Origin: Mayamaea pseudoterrestris
Taxonomy: Eukaryota
Direction: 5' to 3'
DNA: 64,000 nt
Assembly (NCBI GenBank): GCA_027923505.1
Contig: BROI01000021.1
Coordinates: forward strand, 62,001-126,000
The notes below the pieces were generated by a model that was not told the DNA's origin, did no database searches, and worked only from the letters and a program-made list of their open reading frames with translations. This document shows, in pieces, positions 9,061 to 19,747 of this stretch (positions are counted from its first letter, which is position 1; the number at the start of each line of letters is the position of its first letter). The position numbers and the translations under genes were made by a program.

Positions 9061-9370
9061 TCATTTAAGCGCGCCACGCAGCTTCCACACAGCTCTTCAA
9101 ACATTCACGCTTTCCTCCATCGATGACCGCTGCATGCAAACCCATATAGCAGCAGCACCTCTCTTGTCGTGGTGGCCTTGGCGCGCGTGGGCGAGTCGTA
9201 CCCCTTCTCCCGCTCTTGGTCGCTCTGCCCGAGCTTTCGCGCCCCCCATCCGCACGGGAGTCGTGGGTTAATCCCTGCAGAATGGTTCGCGTTTCTCTTT
9301 TGCTCGTTCTTCGGCTGATGGAGTATAAAAAGCCGATGCAGCTCGTCCAGCTTTCTTTTTCAGCTGCCTT

Positions 9371-12250
9371 TCCAAGTGGAACTTTGAAAAGGTTGCAAGG
9401 GATTGCGGCGTTTCAATTGAAAGCTACTTGTCTGATAACGCTGCGTGTTTCACCAGTCACGAGTACACTGAGCATCTTTCCAAATTCAAGCAGACGACTG
9501 TCTTTGCAGGCGTCGGCGCCCATCATCAAAACGGAATAGCAGAACGAAACATTCAAACCATTATGAACATGGCAAGAACGATGCTTATCCATGCTAACAT
9601 GCATTGGACTGACGTTGATGACATGTCGCTCTGGCCGATGGCTGTCGACTACGCAGTTTACATCTTCAATCGAATGCCAAACGTCGCCACTGGCCAAGCT
9701 CCCATTGATATCTTCACTGGTACCATCTGGGCAAGCCACAAGTTCCATCATCTCCACGTTTTTGGATCGCCCGCCTACGTTCTTGATCCTCGCATGCAAG
9801 ACGGCAAGTCCATTCCTCGTTGGAAAGTGCGCTCACGCCGCGGGATCTTTGTCGGCTTCTCCAGCAAGCACTCGGCTACAGTTCCTCTTGTCCTCAACTT
9901 GAATACATTAACCATCAGTCCTCAGTATCACGTTACGCATGACGATTGGTTTACTACAGTTGACGCTCTTCCTGATTCGCCTCCAAATTTTACGGACGAC
10001 AGATGGACGAGTCTCTTTGCGACAAGCAAGTACATGTATCCGTTCGACGACGATGACCCCCTTCCTGCTCTCAATCCTGAGTGGGAGGACAACTTTGATG
10101 CCTCAGCTGCTCGCCAAGATGCTATACATGCAGCACAGACTCCTTCCACCACTCCAGTTTTACCTGCTCCCGCCGCTCCGCCAGCGGTTGCTCCAGTTCC
10201 TTCCAATGATTCTCCGCCCGCCACAGGCGCTCCGCCTCCGAATCAGAGGGCGACAAGGACTCCTGAAATTCATTCGCCTACAGAAGCCACAGAACCAACG
10301 CTTCAGAGGGAGCAGAGGGAGCATTTAGATCACATTGATGGCAATCCTTTGCGCTCGTCCGCACCTACACCGCGTGTCGCAGCCGATGTCACAGTCAATC
10401 CCAGTCCACCAAACGCATCAAACGAGTCCACGATCCCGACGACAGCTCCCACGCTCGCACAACAACCACAACAACAAGCAAGTGATCCTCCTTTACGACG
10501 CTCTGCACGTTTACGTGATCGTCCTCCTGAGCCAGTCATCACACGAGCTCAGAGACTCCGTCATGCTCGCGACGAAATGATTGAAACCAATATGCTGTTA
10601 GCAGAGCATGCGCACGCGGAATACCCTTACTCAATCGGTTTAACGCAAGTGCTACTCGCCTCGACGAACGATCCCGACACACTCCGCTACGATGAAGCGA
10701 TGCGCGCTGATGACTCTGAAGAGTTCAGGAAAGCCGCAGGAATAGAGATCAAGTCGCTCGAAGATCATGGCACGTGGGTCGTCATCCCAAGGACCGAGGT
10801 TCCTCAAGGAAAGCAAATCATCCCCGGCACATGGACCTTTCGCCGCAAGCGAACGCCCAGCGGTGAGCTTAAGAAACACAAAGCTCGCTTCTGCGTTCGA
10901 GGAGACCTACAGAAGGACGTATTTGAAACGTTTGCACCAGTCGTTCAATGGAGCACCGTTCGTGTCCTCATGGTATTCGCCTTGACGTTCGGCTACAAAA
11001 CCAAATGCATTGATTTCACCAACGCTTTCGTTCAAGCAGAACTAAAGGATCCAATCTACATTCAATTCCCACGCGGCTTTCAACACAAAGACGGTCATCA
11101 ATCAAGCGATTACTGTTTAAAGTTGCTCAAGTCGTGCTACGGAACGAAGATCGCCCCAAAGCTCTTCTACGAACACTTACGCGACCGACTCGTCGAGCTC
11201 GGTTTCACTCAAAGCTTCTTCGATCCCTGTCTCTTCTACCGCAATGGACAAATCATCGCCTGTTACGTTGACGATTGCATCTGCGTCGCCCGTACCGACA
11301 AGGAGCTGCAGACCATCATCGACGACCTTCGCTCAAAGTTCACGCTCACCGAAGAAGGCGATCTCAGTCAATATCTTGGCATTGATATAAAGCGCTCTGG
11401 CAAGTCTTTCACGCTCACTCAAACGGGTTTGATCGACAGTATCATTCAAGCTACTGGAATGGAGGCTGCTAACGGAGTCTTCACGCCCGCCAACGACACG
11501 CTCGGCAAGAACGCCGATTTACCGGATCATCAAGAGAGCTGGAGCTACAACTCGCTAATCGGCAAGCTTCTCTATCTCGCTGGTAACTCACGCCCTGACA
11601 TTGCCTTTGCAGTCAATCAATGCGCTCGATTCAATCACTGCCCTAAAAAGCCACACTTTGACGCCGTTAAACGCATCGTCCGCTATCTCATCAAGACTCG
11701 CGAACAAGGACTCATCATGACGCCCGAAGGTAACCTCACGGTTGACTGTTACGTTGATGCCGACTTTGCTGGTTTATATGGAAAGGAAGACGGTCAAGAT
11801 CCAGTGTGCGCTCAGTCCCGTACCGGATACCTCATCATGCTCGGTGGCTGCCCCGTCTTTTGGCAAAGCAAGCTACAAACCGAAATCGCTCTATCTACAA
11901 TGGAATCCGAGTACGTTGCCCTCTCTTCAAGCCTTCGCCAAGTCATTCCTATCCAAGCAATCGTCAAGGAAATGGGAAACAAAATGAAGCAACGCATCCA
12001 AGTTAACGCGCGCTCCTACTGCACCGTTTACGAAGATAACGCAGGCTGCCTTGCGCTCGCCAATGCCCCTCATCTTACGCCTCGCTCTCGCCATTACGCT
12101 ACTAAGTATCACCACTTTAAGCACCACGTAAAGCAGGGCACGATCAAAGTCGTTAAGATTGACACCAAGGAGCAACGAGCGGATATCTTTACAAAGGCGC
12201 TGCCCCAAGTCACATTCGAGCACCTCCGCCGTCTCCTTATGGGATGGTAA
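9371..12250 (+). CDS. pol: copia Pol copy 2: integrase core, RT and RNaseH in an intact frame
   Basis: RFCVRGDLQ, TFAPVV, DFTNAFVQA, YVDD, YVDADFAG, IALSTMESEY, EDNAG, QRADIFTK; stop at 12250. Confidence 0.95.
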   Translation, partial: SKWNFEKVARDCGVSIESYLSDNAACFTSHEYTEHLSKFKQTTVFAGVGAHHQNGIAERNIQTIMNMARTMLIHANMHWTDVDDMSLWPMAVDYAVYIFNRMPNVATGQAPIDIFTGTIWASHKFHHLHVFGSPAYVLDPRMQDGKSIPRWKVRSRRGIFVGFSSKHSATVPLVLNLNTLTISPQYHVTHDDWFTTVDALPDSPPNFTDDRWTSLFATSKYMYPFDDDDPLPALNPEWEDNFDASAARQDAIHAAQTPSTTPVLPAPAAPPAVAPVPSNDSPPATGAPPPNQRATRTPEIHSPTEATEPTLQREQREHLDHIDGNPLRSSAPTPRVAADVTVNPSPPNASNESTIPTTAPTLAQQPQQQASDPPLRRSARLRDRPPEPVITRAQRLRHARDEMIETNMLLAEHAHAEYPYSIGLTQVLLASTNDPDTLRYDEAMRADDSEEFRKAAGIEIKSLEDHGTWVVIPRTEVPQGKQIIPGTWTFRRKRTPSGELKKHKARFCVRGDLQKDVFETFAPVVQWSTVRVLMVFALTFGYKTKCIDFTNAFVQAELKDPIYIQFPRGFQHKDGHQSSDYCLKLLKSCYGTKIAPKLFYEHLRDRLVELGFTQSFFDPCLFYRNGQIIACYVDDCICVARTDKELQTIIDDLRSKFTLTEEGDLSQYLGIDIKRSGKSFTLTQTGLIDSIIQATGMEAANGVFTPANDTLGKNADLPDHQESWSYNSLIGKLLYLAGNSRPDIAFAVNQCARFNHCPKKPHFDAVKRIVRYLIKTREQGLIMTPEGNLTVDCYVDADFAGLYGKEDGQDPVCAQSRTGYLIMLGGCPVFWQSKLQTEIALSTMESEYVALSSSLRQVIPIQAIVKEMGNKMKQRIQVNARSYCTVYEDNAGCLALANAPHLTPRSRHYATKYHHFKHHVKQGTIKVVKIDTKEQRADIFTKALPQVTFEHLRRLLMGW

Positions 12251-12300
12251 AGTTGCTCATCTTCTCTGTTATTTGTCTCTATGTCTATAACATCGATCCA

Positions 12301-12308
12301 AGAGGGAG
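12301..12308 (+). promoter_or_regulatory. copia polypurine tract AGAGGGAG
   Basis: Purine run directly before the 3' LTR. Confidence 0.8.
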
Positions 12309-12610
12309 AGTCGAAACAATTAAGGTTCAGGCCCTGCCAGTGTCCGTTTGTTTCGGTTGATCCTCATGGCTGGATATCTGTTAATATCCAGTATCTGTGA
12401 ATACTCAAGTTACTTAAGCTACAGAAGCAAGCCGACGTTACCAACACGTCGGCAACGGTCCCCTTAAAGTAGCGGTAACAACTAAATCAAATCATTCTAT
12501 TGCAAAGTACACGCAATCGTCTCGTTCCCCTTCTTCTTACCAAGCTAGTAGACTGATCATCTCCTACTTGACCAAGTCCTCAAGGTAACTCGACACAAGT
12601 TGCATTGATA
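12309..12610 (+). repeat. copia 3' LTR (302 bp)
   Basis: Identical by eye to 996-1297; preceded by a purine tract and followed by the TSD GTCTC. Confidence 0.95.
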
Positions 12611-12615
12611 GTCTC

Positions 12616-12657
12616 GCTCATTAGTGTATCTTGCTGCTCTTGCATACTTTGGGGCAT
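12616..12657 (-). pseudogene. 5' end (MPQSMQEQQDTLMS) of the interrupted tyrosine-recombinase-like ORF
   Basis: Removing 996-12615 (element plus one TSD copy) joins ATG 12657 in frame to the 995..1 ORF (ATG AGC GAG ACG AGC AAT...). An in-frame TGA lies upstream. Confidence 0.6.
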
Positions 12658-13315
12658 GAGATTTAGAAGTGTATGTAGTAGATTGAAGCAGCGCTTCCTT
12701 GCATGGTTTGAAAGACTTCCAGGGTGACTTGTCGCTCCTCGCGCAAGATGCCATGCACATGTTCAAAGAATTAGCGAGAGCAATGTGGATGGAAGAGTAC
12801 TGAAACGAGTCATTCAATGAGTCATACTATGCTAATATGAGTAGGAAGGTAGGTCACGAGGAGGAGCGACTTGGCACTAACTGTGGCTCAAACAGTACAA
12901 AGGAGAGAAGGACGCTCCAGCATTGTAGGCTTGGCTTACAATTTTAGCACTGGATTGATATGCCTGGCTTAGAAAATAGCAGTACAATTGTGTGTGACTT
13001 AGAAAAAATTCTAAGCGCAGCCCTTCTCCTTGATTTTACTAGGCGATTATCGCGCAGCAAGCTCTCCTCCATTTTGTCAATGACATTTGATTACATATGC
13101 CTCCTGGACTGGACAGCCGACAATGCCCCAAGGTGCGACATCCCAGGCTTAATATCTTACATATGCCTATATTCATGTCTGTATATGTACATTCGAACCA
13201 CTAAGCCCAGACTACGGGAGTTACCCATTCCGACGACGGAAACACAAATACATCGACTTCATCAATGTCAGTCCATTTACTATAAGATTGGACAATAATA
13301 AACATAAAATCTTCG

Positions 13316-14501
13316 ATGTCTTATAGAATGAAGGACGATACTTCTATGAGCGACGACAGTTACCCGCCATCCAGTGGTAAATTTCCATCGATGATTGATC
13401 TACTTCGATGTCACGCATGGCTCGGTCGGTTTGTTACCAGTGGGTCCGACGAGCTGCTCCTGCAAGCACCAAATGAATGCCAAGCGTTTATCCATGCGTT
13501 TCATCGGCTCAAACATGCCCACCTTCAGCCGTTTCATTGCACGACAGCAACTGCAGCGACTATGTATAGCGATACGATTGCTAACATTACAGTTCAAGCT
13601 GAGAAAATAAAGAGCAACCAAGAATTCAACGTATTGCAATCGACTTTGGATGACGACATTGCCTTCAAAATACTCGATTACTTAACGAGTCAGTCGCTCG
13701 TTCAGGTGTCAAAGACCTGCAATAGATTGAATGTCTTATGCAAGACGAATGCACACCTCCGATCTTTCGACGTAGCTTTAGCGCGACAGTTGACGACACC
13801 AATGCAACGATTGCGCGCCAAGGAACAAATTCAAGGAATATCAAATACTATTAATGACTGTCATGTTCCGATTCCGTCGCTACTGCTACGTCGACGAATT
13901 GTAATAACCGACTGCGGCGATCCCGAGTACAATGGGGTCTATCACTGCACTGGCTGCAACGGAAACGGATACAGTTTTACCAAGCCACGAGATTCTAGCA
14001 TTATCCAAAATTTGAATAAATATGAAAGGCGTCAGACACTACCGTCTCGACTCTTGCTGCCCGACGACTCGTCTGTACGTGCTCATGACGAGAGTTTTGA
14101 AAGCGACGGCGACGAGCTGCAAGACACAACGCATAGAGAAACGCTCCGGTGCATGCTCGCCAAGCGATTTTCCAATGAGGTAGAGTAAATATAGGAGGAA
14201 AGAATTACTCAATCATTACCCGCCTCACTCTGGTGATTATCGACAGACCATTCTCTGGTACATGAGCAAGGAAGTAATAGCAACCGACCATGCCGCATCT
14301 GAAATTGATGGCAATGGCCAAGCTGGTAAAGTCATCCAAGTTTTCCACTTTTGGGCCAAGCTCATGGTGTTGGGGGATGCATCGCCCGACGTTTCTCGGT
14401 ATCCATCGCAGTCGTCCATTATGCAACGAAATGGCGAGGGATGGGAATCATTGACAACGACGGAGACGATTGAACCACCGATCGTAGAGCTACTTGACTA
14501 G
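13316..14501 (+). CDS. F-box-like protein, 2 exons (intron 14180-14246)
   Basis: LDDDIAFKILDYLTSQSLVQVSKTCNRL is F-box-like; a GT..AG intron joins the 290-aa and 79-aa ORFs in frame. Confidence 0.65.
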
Positions 14502-14590
14502 CATGCTTACTAATTTTGTACACGTGCGCGACCGGTATTATAATTAAGAAGAACCATTTACCATTCATTTTCAGCCTATTTTGTTATTCA

Positions 14591-16113
14591 TCACTGCGCC
14601 GTCATCTGCTCCTTGTGAATGAGGTGCGTCGTCGTTTCAACCAAGTGCAAAAGCTTGTCCATGTCCGAGGCCCACTCTGTCAGCACTGTTTCAGCCGACT
14701 TTGGCGAAGAGAATCGTACAATATCCATCGGACGATCCATTTTGGCGTAGACGCTTCCATCACTCACCATGCCTGCAATTTCTAATTCCAACCGGTCGGG
14801 CGTCAACTGCAAAAGCTGAGCCAGTCGTGACTTGTGAATGCGTTTGTAGTATAATGAGGCAATGCGAATATTGTGCTGTATGATGCGACGATGAAAAGTT
14901 TCGTGCCAGTGCTTGGTAAGATCGCTGCCACCCTCGAGGAAGCACGGGAGCGACTCGAGCTCGGCTTGATTAGCCAGTGGATAGTTAATGATCTCCTTCT
15001 TCAGCAACAAGTCAATTGTGCGTCTGGAATTATAGAGATAACAACTTTGTGAGTTCCTAAATTATTAAACGAGCAGCACATCCGTAGAAGTCACTTACTG
15101 AAACGACGGAATTGCCTCCAAGTTGGCATCCAATTTGATGCGCTGCAGCAAGTCTTGCTGCTCGTTTCCGTGAGGACTGAGCGCCAAAAAGACAATCGTG
15201 GCTTGCAAAGTTGGTCTCCATTTGATTTCATCCTTCAAGATGGAGGAGGTCGAGTAAATGGCGTGATAGTCCTTGGCAAGTTCCAAAGCATCTTTCTCGT
15301 GTCGATGCAAAATACTATAGAGAGTAAAGTATTTGACCTTGTACTCCTCCATATTTTCCTCTTGCAAGTTTTTGCGGACAATCTTGCCAGCGACAATGGC
15401 CGATCTCACAAAGTCTTGCTTGGCTAGCGTCAAGCGCATTTGCTCGAGAATGTATTCCACCTTGTCACGCTTGGAAAGAGAGCCGTACGTTTCAACATGA
15501 ACCTCTTGGAGAATATCAGCGGCGCTTGCAATATCACCTTCCTCTTCCTGTGTACGTTGAAGATGCAGACTGAGTATTGTATTGTTAGATCAATGATCGC
15601 ACACAAAGTTTATGAAAGACGCACCTTAATGGTCGCCATGACTCTGGTAAGAATCGCTCGCTCGCGCTCCAGGAAAATTTTTCCATTACTAATATCGCGC
15701 AGCGCTTCCACGAGCTTGTCTCGACACTCTTTCTTATCGGAGGAAACAGCCAAGGGCGTATACGGCTCTGTGACGCACCATGGCATGGCCGTTTCCACGA
15801 GTGTCTTGATTGCTGCCGTCTTTTGCGAGCGTTTAGTGGCCAGCCCTTGCAGCGTCGTCAGCAAGGCTTCATCGTCTTGAGCATCATGGCAAATGTCCAG
15901 TGATGCCTTGCAGACTCGAATGAGACTTTTGTTATCATTTCCGACGCGACAGCGCTTCTCCAAAGCAGCAAGCAAGACGAGGGCTTCCTGCAATTGATTG
16001 GAGGCGGCAAGCTGCTTGGCGTGCGCTAATTTGGCGTCTGTTTCCGAGGATAAATCGAGTTTTTCTTCCAAGATTCCGCCACTCGCTGATCCAGATGCAC
16101 CTTCTGAGGACAT
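14591..16113 (-). CDS. RPN5: 26S proteasome lid subunit Rpn5/PSMD12, 3 exons (introns 15548-15624, 15024-15098)
   Basis: LEKRCR, GKIFLERERA, VHVETYGS, RIIQHNIRI, YAKMDRP, LHLVETTTHLIHKE. Confidence 0.95.
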
Positions 16114-17213
16114 ATTACACGATCAACTGTAAAACTGGGATTTTGTATCATAAAGAGTGCGCTTCAATTGTTTGTGCCATGGCCGCAACGACGTCGATGG
16201 TGGTCGACGAAGATCTTTGCGAAACGTCTTCTTTACCGGTACGACACGTAGCTACCTCTTTAGCTCTTGTGAATATCTGTACACTCGCTAGGATAGAACC
16301 GCGGCGTAAGGTGTTCATCCAAATAGAATGATGAGGCACATCCCTGCAAATCTGCCTCGTGTACTAGAGTGAGAGTGCACCATTTGCAAAGACGATACGT
16401 TGTCCAAAGAGGTATATGAAGGAGCTGAAACACTGTCTGTAATTCTCCGTTTGCAGATTCTGATCAGCCTGCTTTGCTGACATGATGTAGCGCCTTTTGT
16501 TGCGTTGGAATATAGATTGTCGTCACGGTAGAAGGTGGACCAAATTCGTTTCGTCAAATCGCACCGCAACTCACTCGCTGTCAGGACGTCGCTCGTGAGT
16601 TGGCTAATCGCTTTACTATGCATAGCTATACCATCTACCGGGCCCTTGGGGATACTCTTACAGCTAATCCATTTACTAGCCGGCATCTGCGAAACAAGAG
16701 TTAGGTAGGTATGAATGACCACATGACATGTTGTTCAAGCGACTACAGTGAGTAAATACGTAGCAAGAATGTGGCGCTCTGATCCTGATTCGCTGACAAG
16801 TCCTCACGAGGCAATACGGAATTACTGGTACGATATAGTTTCTTGTTTATTAGGGGTGCACGGTGGTGACAACCTACAAGTCCGCATCGATGCATGCCAC
16901 ACTTCCGGTAGCTCGACGTGCGCATGGCTACGTAAGTGCGACAACGAGCTCCTCGCTAATAATAGTTCACACTTGCTTCCGTTGGTGTATGATCAATTAT
17001 ATAGATAATCGGAAGCAGACAAGGTCACCTATAAAACTTCCGGCAACTATGCGAACTGCCGTGACTAGCGCGGCGCGCTCGATCGAAGTCCGTCGCAGCG
17101 ACACGCCGAGTAACCGTCCATCCGTTTTGACGGAATCGAAACGTTGGCTTGTCAGTCACACTTTGGAGCAAACCAATTGGTTGCGAGAGGGAAAAGCGTT
17201 TGCTTGTATCACC

Positions 17214-19650
17214 ATGGACGTCGAGCTTGAACAGAAGCAGCAGCAGCCGCAGCAGCCGCAGCAGCCGCAACAGCAGCAGGAACCCAAGAAGAAGGGACAT
17301 CACCATCGTCGCGTTTCGTCGCTTGTCGTGGATGAAACCAAGGCGAGTTCTCTCCTGACGGACGTTTTGCGCGAAAACAATGTCTTTCTTGGAGGAAGTT
17401 CTCTTGGTAAGGGATTGAAGAAGGCGGCTCACTACTATTTCAACGAGCACTTGGCGGACCATCACCCGCCGACGCATCTTGACTTGCCCGGCCGAGCCGA
17501 TTTGGCGGACTTGGACGAGGCGGAACTCATGCCATTGGAAGATTCCTTCTACGTTGTTGACATTGCCATGGTGGTCAGTCAGGTAAGCGACAAGCAATAG
17601 TAGTTGTCATGTACGCCTTGGAAGCGATGGATGCTGAAGCTCGTGCGGTCGACTCGTTCCATTGTCGTGACTCGCGGCCTCACTTATTTTCACTCTCTAC
17701 TCACGACAGGTATACCAATGGCGTCGCTTCTTTCCTCGTGTCGAACCATTTTATGCCGTCAAGTGCAATCCTGATCCCGTCATTGTCAAGACGCTGGCCA
17801 TTATGGGATGCAACTTCGACTGCGCCTCGCGGAACGAGATTCGCCTTGTGCAGGAAATTACCAAGGACTTGCGCAAGCCAGAAATCATTTACGCGAATCC
17901 ATGCAAGGCTCGCAATCACTTGGTGGAGGCGGTTTGCCGAGGAGTCCGCATGGTGACGTTTGACAATGCTACTGAAGTGCTCAAGGTGAGTTTAGTATTG
18001 TTTGGTTGGATCACTGTATATATAAGCGAGCAAAATATTTTGCTTGTTGAAGTGTATTGTCATCGACCCGTTCTCATGCTCATGGATGCTGCATGCGCTT
18101 TCATTCACTGCCACCAGTGCGCTCAAATTAGCAAAAAGATTGAGCTCATTCTTCGCATCATTACGGACGATCGCGGAAGTCAGTGTCGCTTGAGCTCCAA
18201 GTTTGGTGCGCCCCGCATCAAATGGCGTGCACTCTTGGCCGCGGCAAAGAAGCATGGCTTGCAAGTGGTTGGGGTCTCGTTTCACGTTGGATCGGGATGT
18301 CGAGATGCTTCGCGCTATGAAGCGGCTCTGGCGGATGCTCGAGAAATTTTCGACATGGCCAAGATGGAGTTTGGCTTTGACATGACCATTCTTGATATCG
18401 GCGGCGGTTTCCCAGGAGAGACGCACAGTCTCTGGAACCCTGCCTCGGAGATAGACGAAGTGGATGCAGTCTTGGAAAAGATAGAAGGCATCGAGTTGAG
18501 CGAGGCAGCTGTTGTTGAGAACAACGATGATGACGACCAGCAGAACAGATTCATGTACTTTAAGGAGATTGCTGCGCAAGTCGCTCCAGTCATTGATCGA
18601 CTCTTTCCAATCGAGTCTGGTGTCCGCGTCATTGGCGAACCGGGACGATACTTTGTCGCTGCTTGCTCCACCTTGTGCTGCTCGGTCGTGGCCTGCCGCA
18701 ACAATGCGGTTGACGCTTCGTTCGAACCGGAACGGTTAAATGACGCGGAACTTGCCCGAAGCATGAACGAGTGGAGCCGCGAGGAGGAGCACGAGCTAGT
18801 GCATCATCGCACACGATCCTTGTCGATGGGAGGTGGGCAAGAAACGGATCCAATTTTTTCCACGATTCAGGAAGAATTGGCCGACTATTCCAAGCTGTAC
18901 GCGACGCAAATGATTAGCCAACAGGAGTTTGACGTTTACAACGACAAACTTGACTTATACAAAGAAGATGTTATCACTGCTGTGGATTTGCTCGGTCCGC
19001 CTGAGGAGCATCAGTTGTCTAAGGTTTCGCATTCGGTTGAAGGAATGGCGTATCCTCTCGTGGCGAATTCGACCGAAGACGACCAGGATGGCTGTGCGCT
19101 CCTCTCGCTGGCAGCTGCCGGTGAAGCGGCAGTGAATGGAATCGTCATGCAGGCTGTTGCAGACTCGGCGCCGTTGCAGGACGATTACTCTTACTACATC
19201 AACGATGGTGTCTATGGAGCGTTTAACAATATCATGTTTGATCATGCCTCTTGTCGTCCTCGCGTGCTACGTCTGAACAATATAAAAGAGGGACGTTTTC
19301 CGACTGGTATTACTGGCAACTTTGAGGATGCAAGCTCTTCGGATGAGTCGGACGAGGGCAAGTCACTCTATGCCTCCACAGTGTTTGGGCCAACATGCGA
19401 TTCGATTGACGTCATTGCCCGTTCAGTGCTGCTTCCGAAGCTTAATGTTGGAGACTACTTGTATTTTACCAACATGGGTGCTTACACGATGGCTGCGGCC
19501 AGCTCCTTTAACGGTTTCACACCCAGCGAGAAGATTTACGTCTGTAGTGTCCAGCCTCAATACTTCGAGGCCTTGGCTGCCGGTCCAGAGGTCATGGCCG
19601 CTAAAATTAAGCTTGACGAGGAAGAGAAGAAGGTTGACAGTGGTTTTTAA
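17214..19650 (+). CDS. ODC: Ornithine decarboxylase, 3 exons (introns 17583-17709, 17986-18117)
   Basis: PFYAVKCN (PLP lysine), FDCAS, YANPCK, SFHVGSG, DIGGGF, EPGRY, INDGVYG, GPTCDSID, NMGAYT. Confidence 0.93.
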
Positions 19651-19747
19651 TCTGCGCTCTGTGCAAGTGATTGTGTTGAACACCAGTGCCACCATCATAT
19701 GCTTAACGGACACCTGGGAAGATAGACGACAGAATTTAGAAAGTAAT

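Larger units (their letters stand above)
996..12610 (+). mobile_element. Ty1/copia LTR retrotransposon (diatom CoDi-like) with a nested TRIM and an internal duplication
   Basis: Direct 302-bp LTRs, TSD GTCTC at 991-995 and 12611-12615, domain order gag-PR-IN-RT-RNaseH, PBS-like GGTTAT and PPT AGAGGGAG. Confidence 0.96.

Noticed and set aside
16863..17213. N-terminal extension or regulatory uORF of ODC
   Set aside because: No recognisable conserved uORF peptide. TATAAAA at ~17030 and an initiator-like TCAGTC at ~17152 suggest promoter/5'UTR; this cannot be resolved without transcripts.
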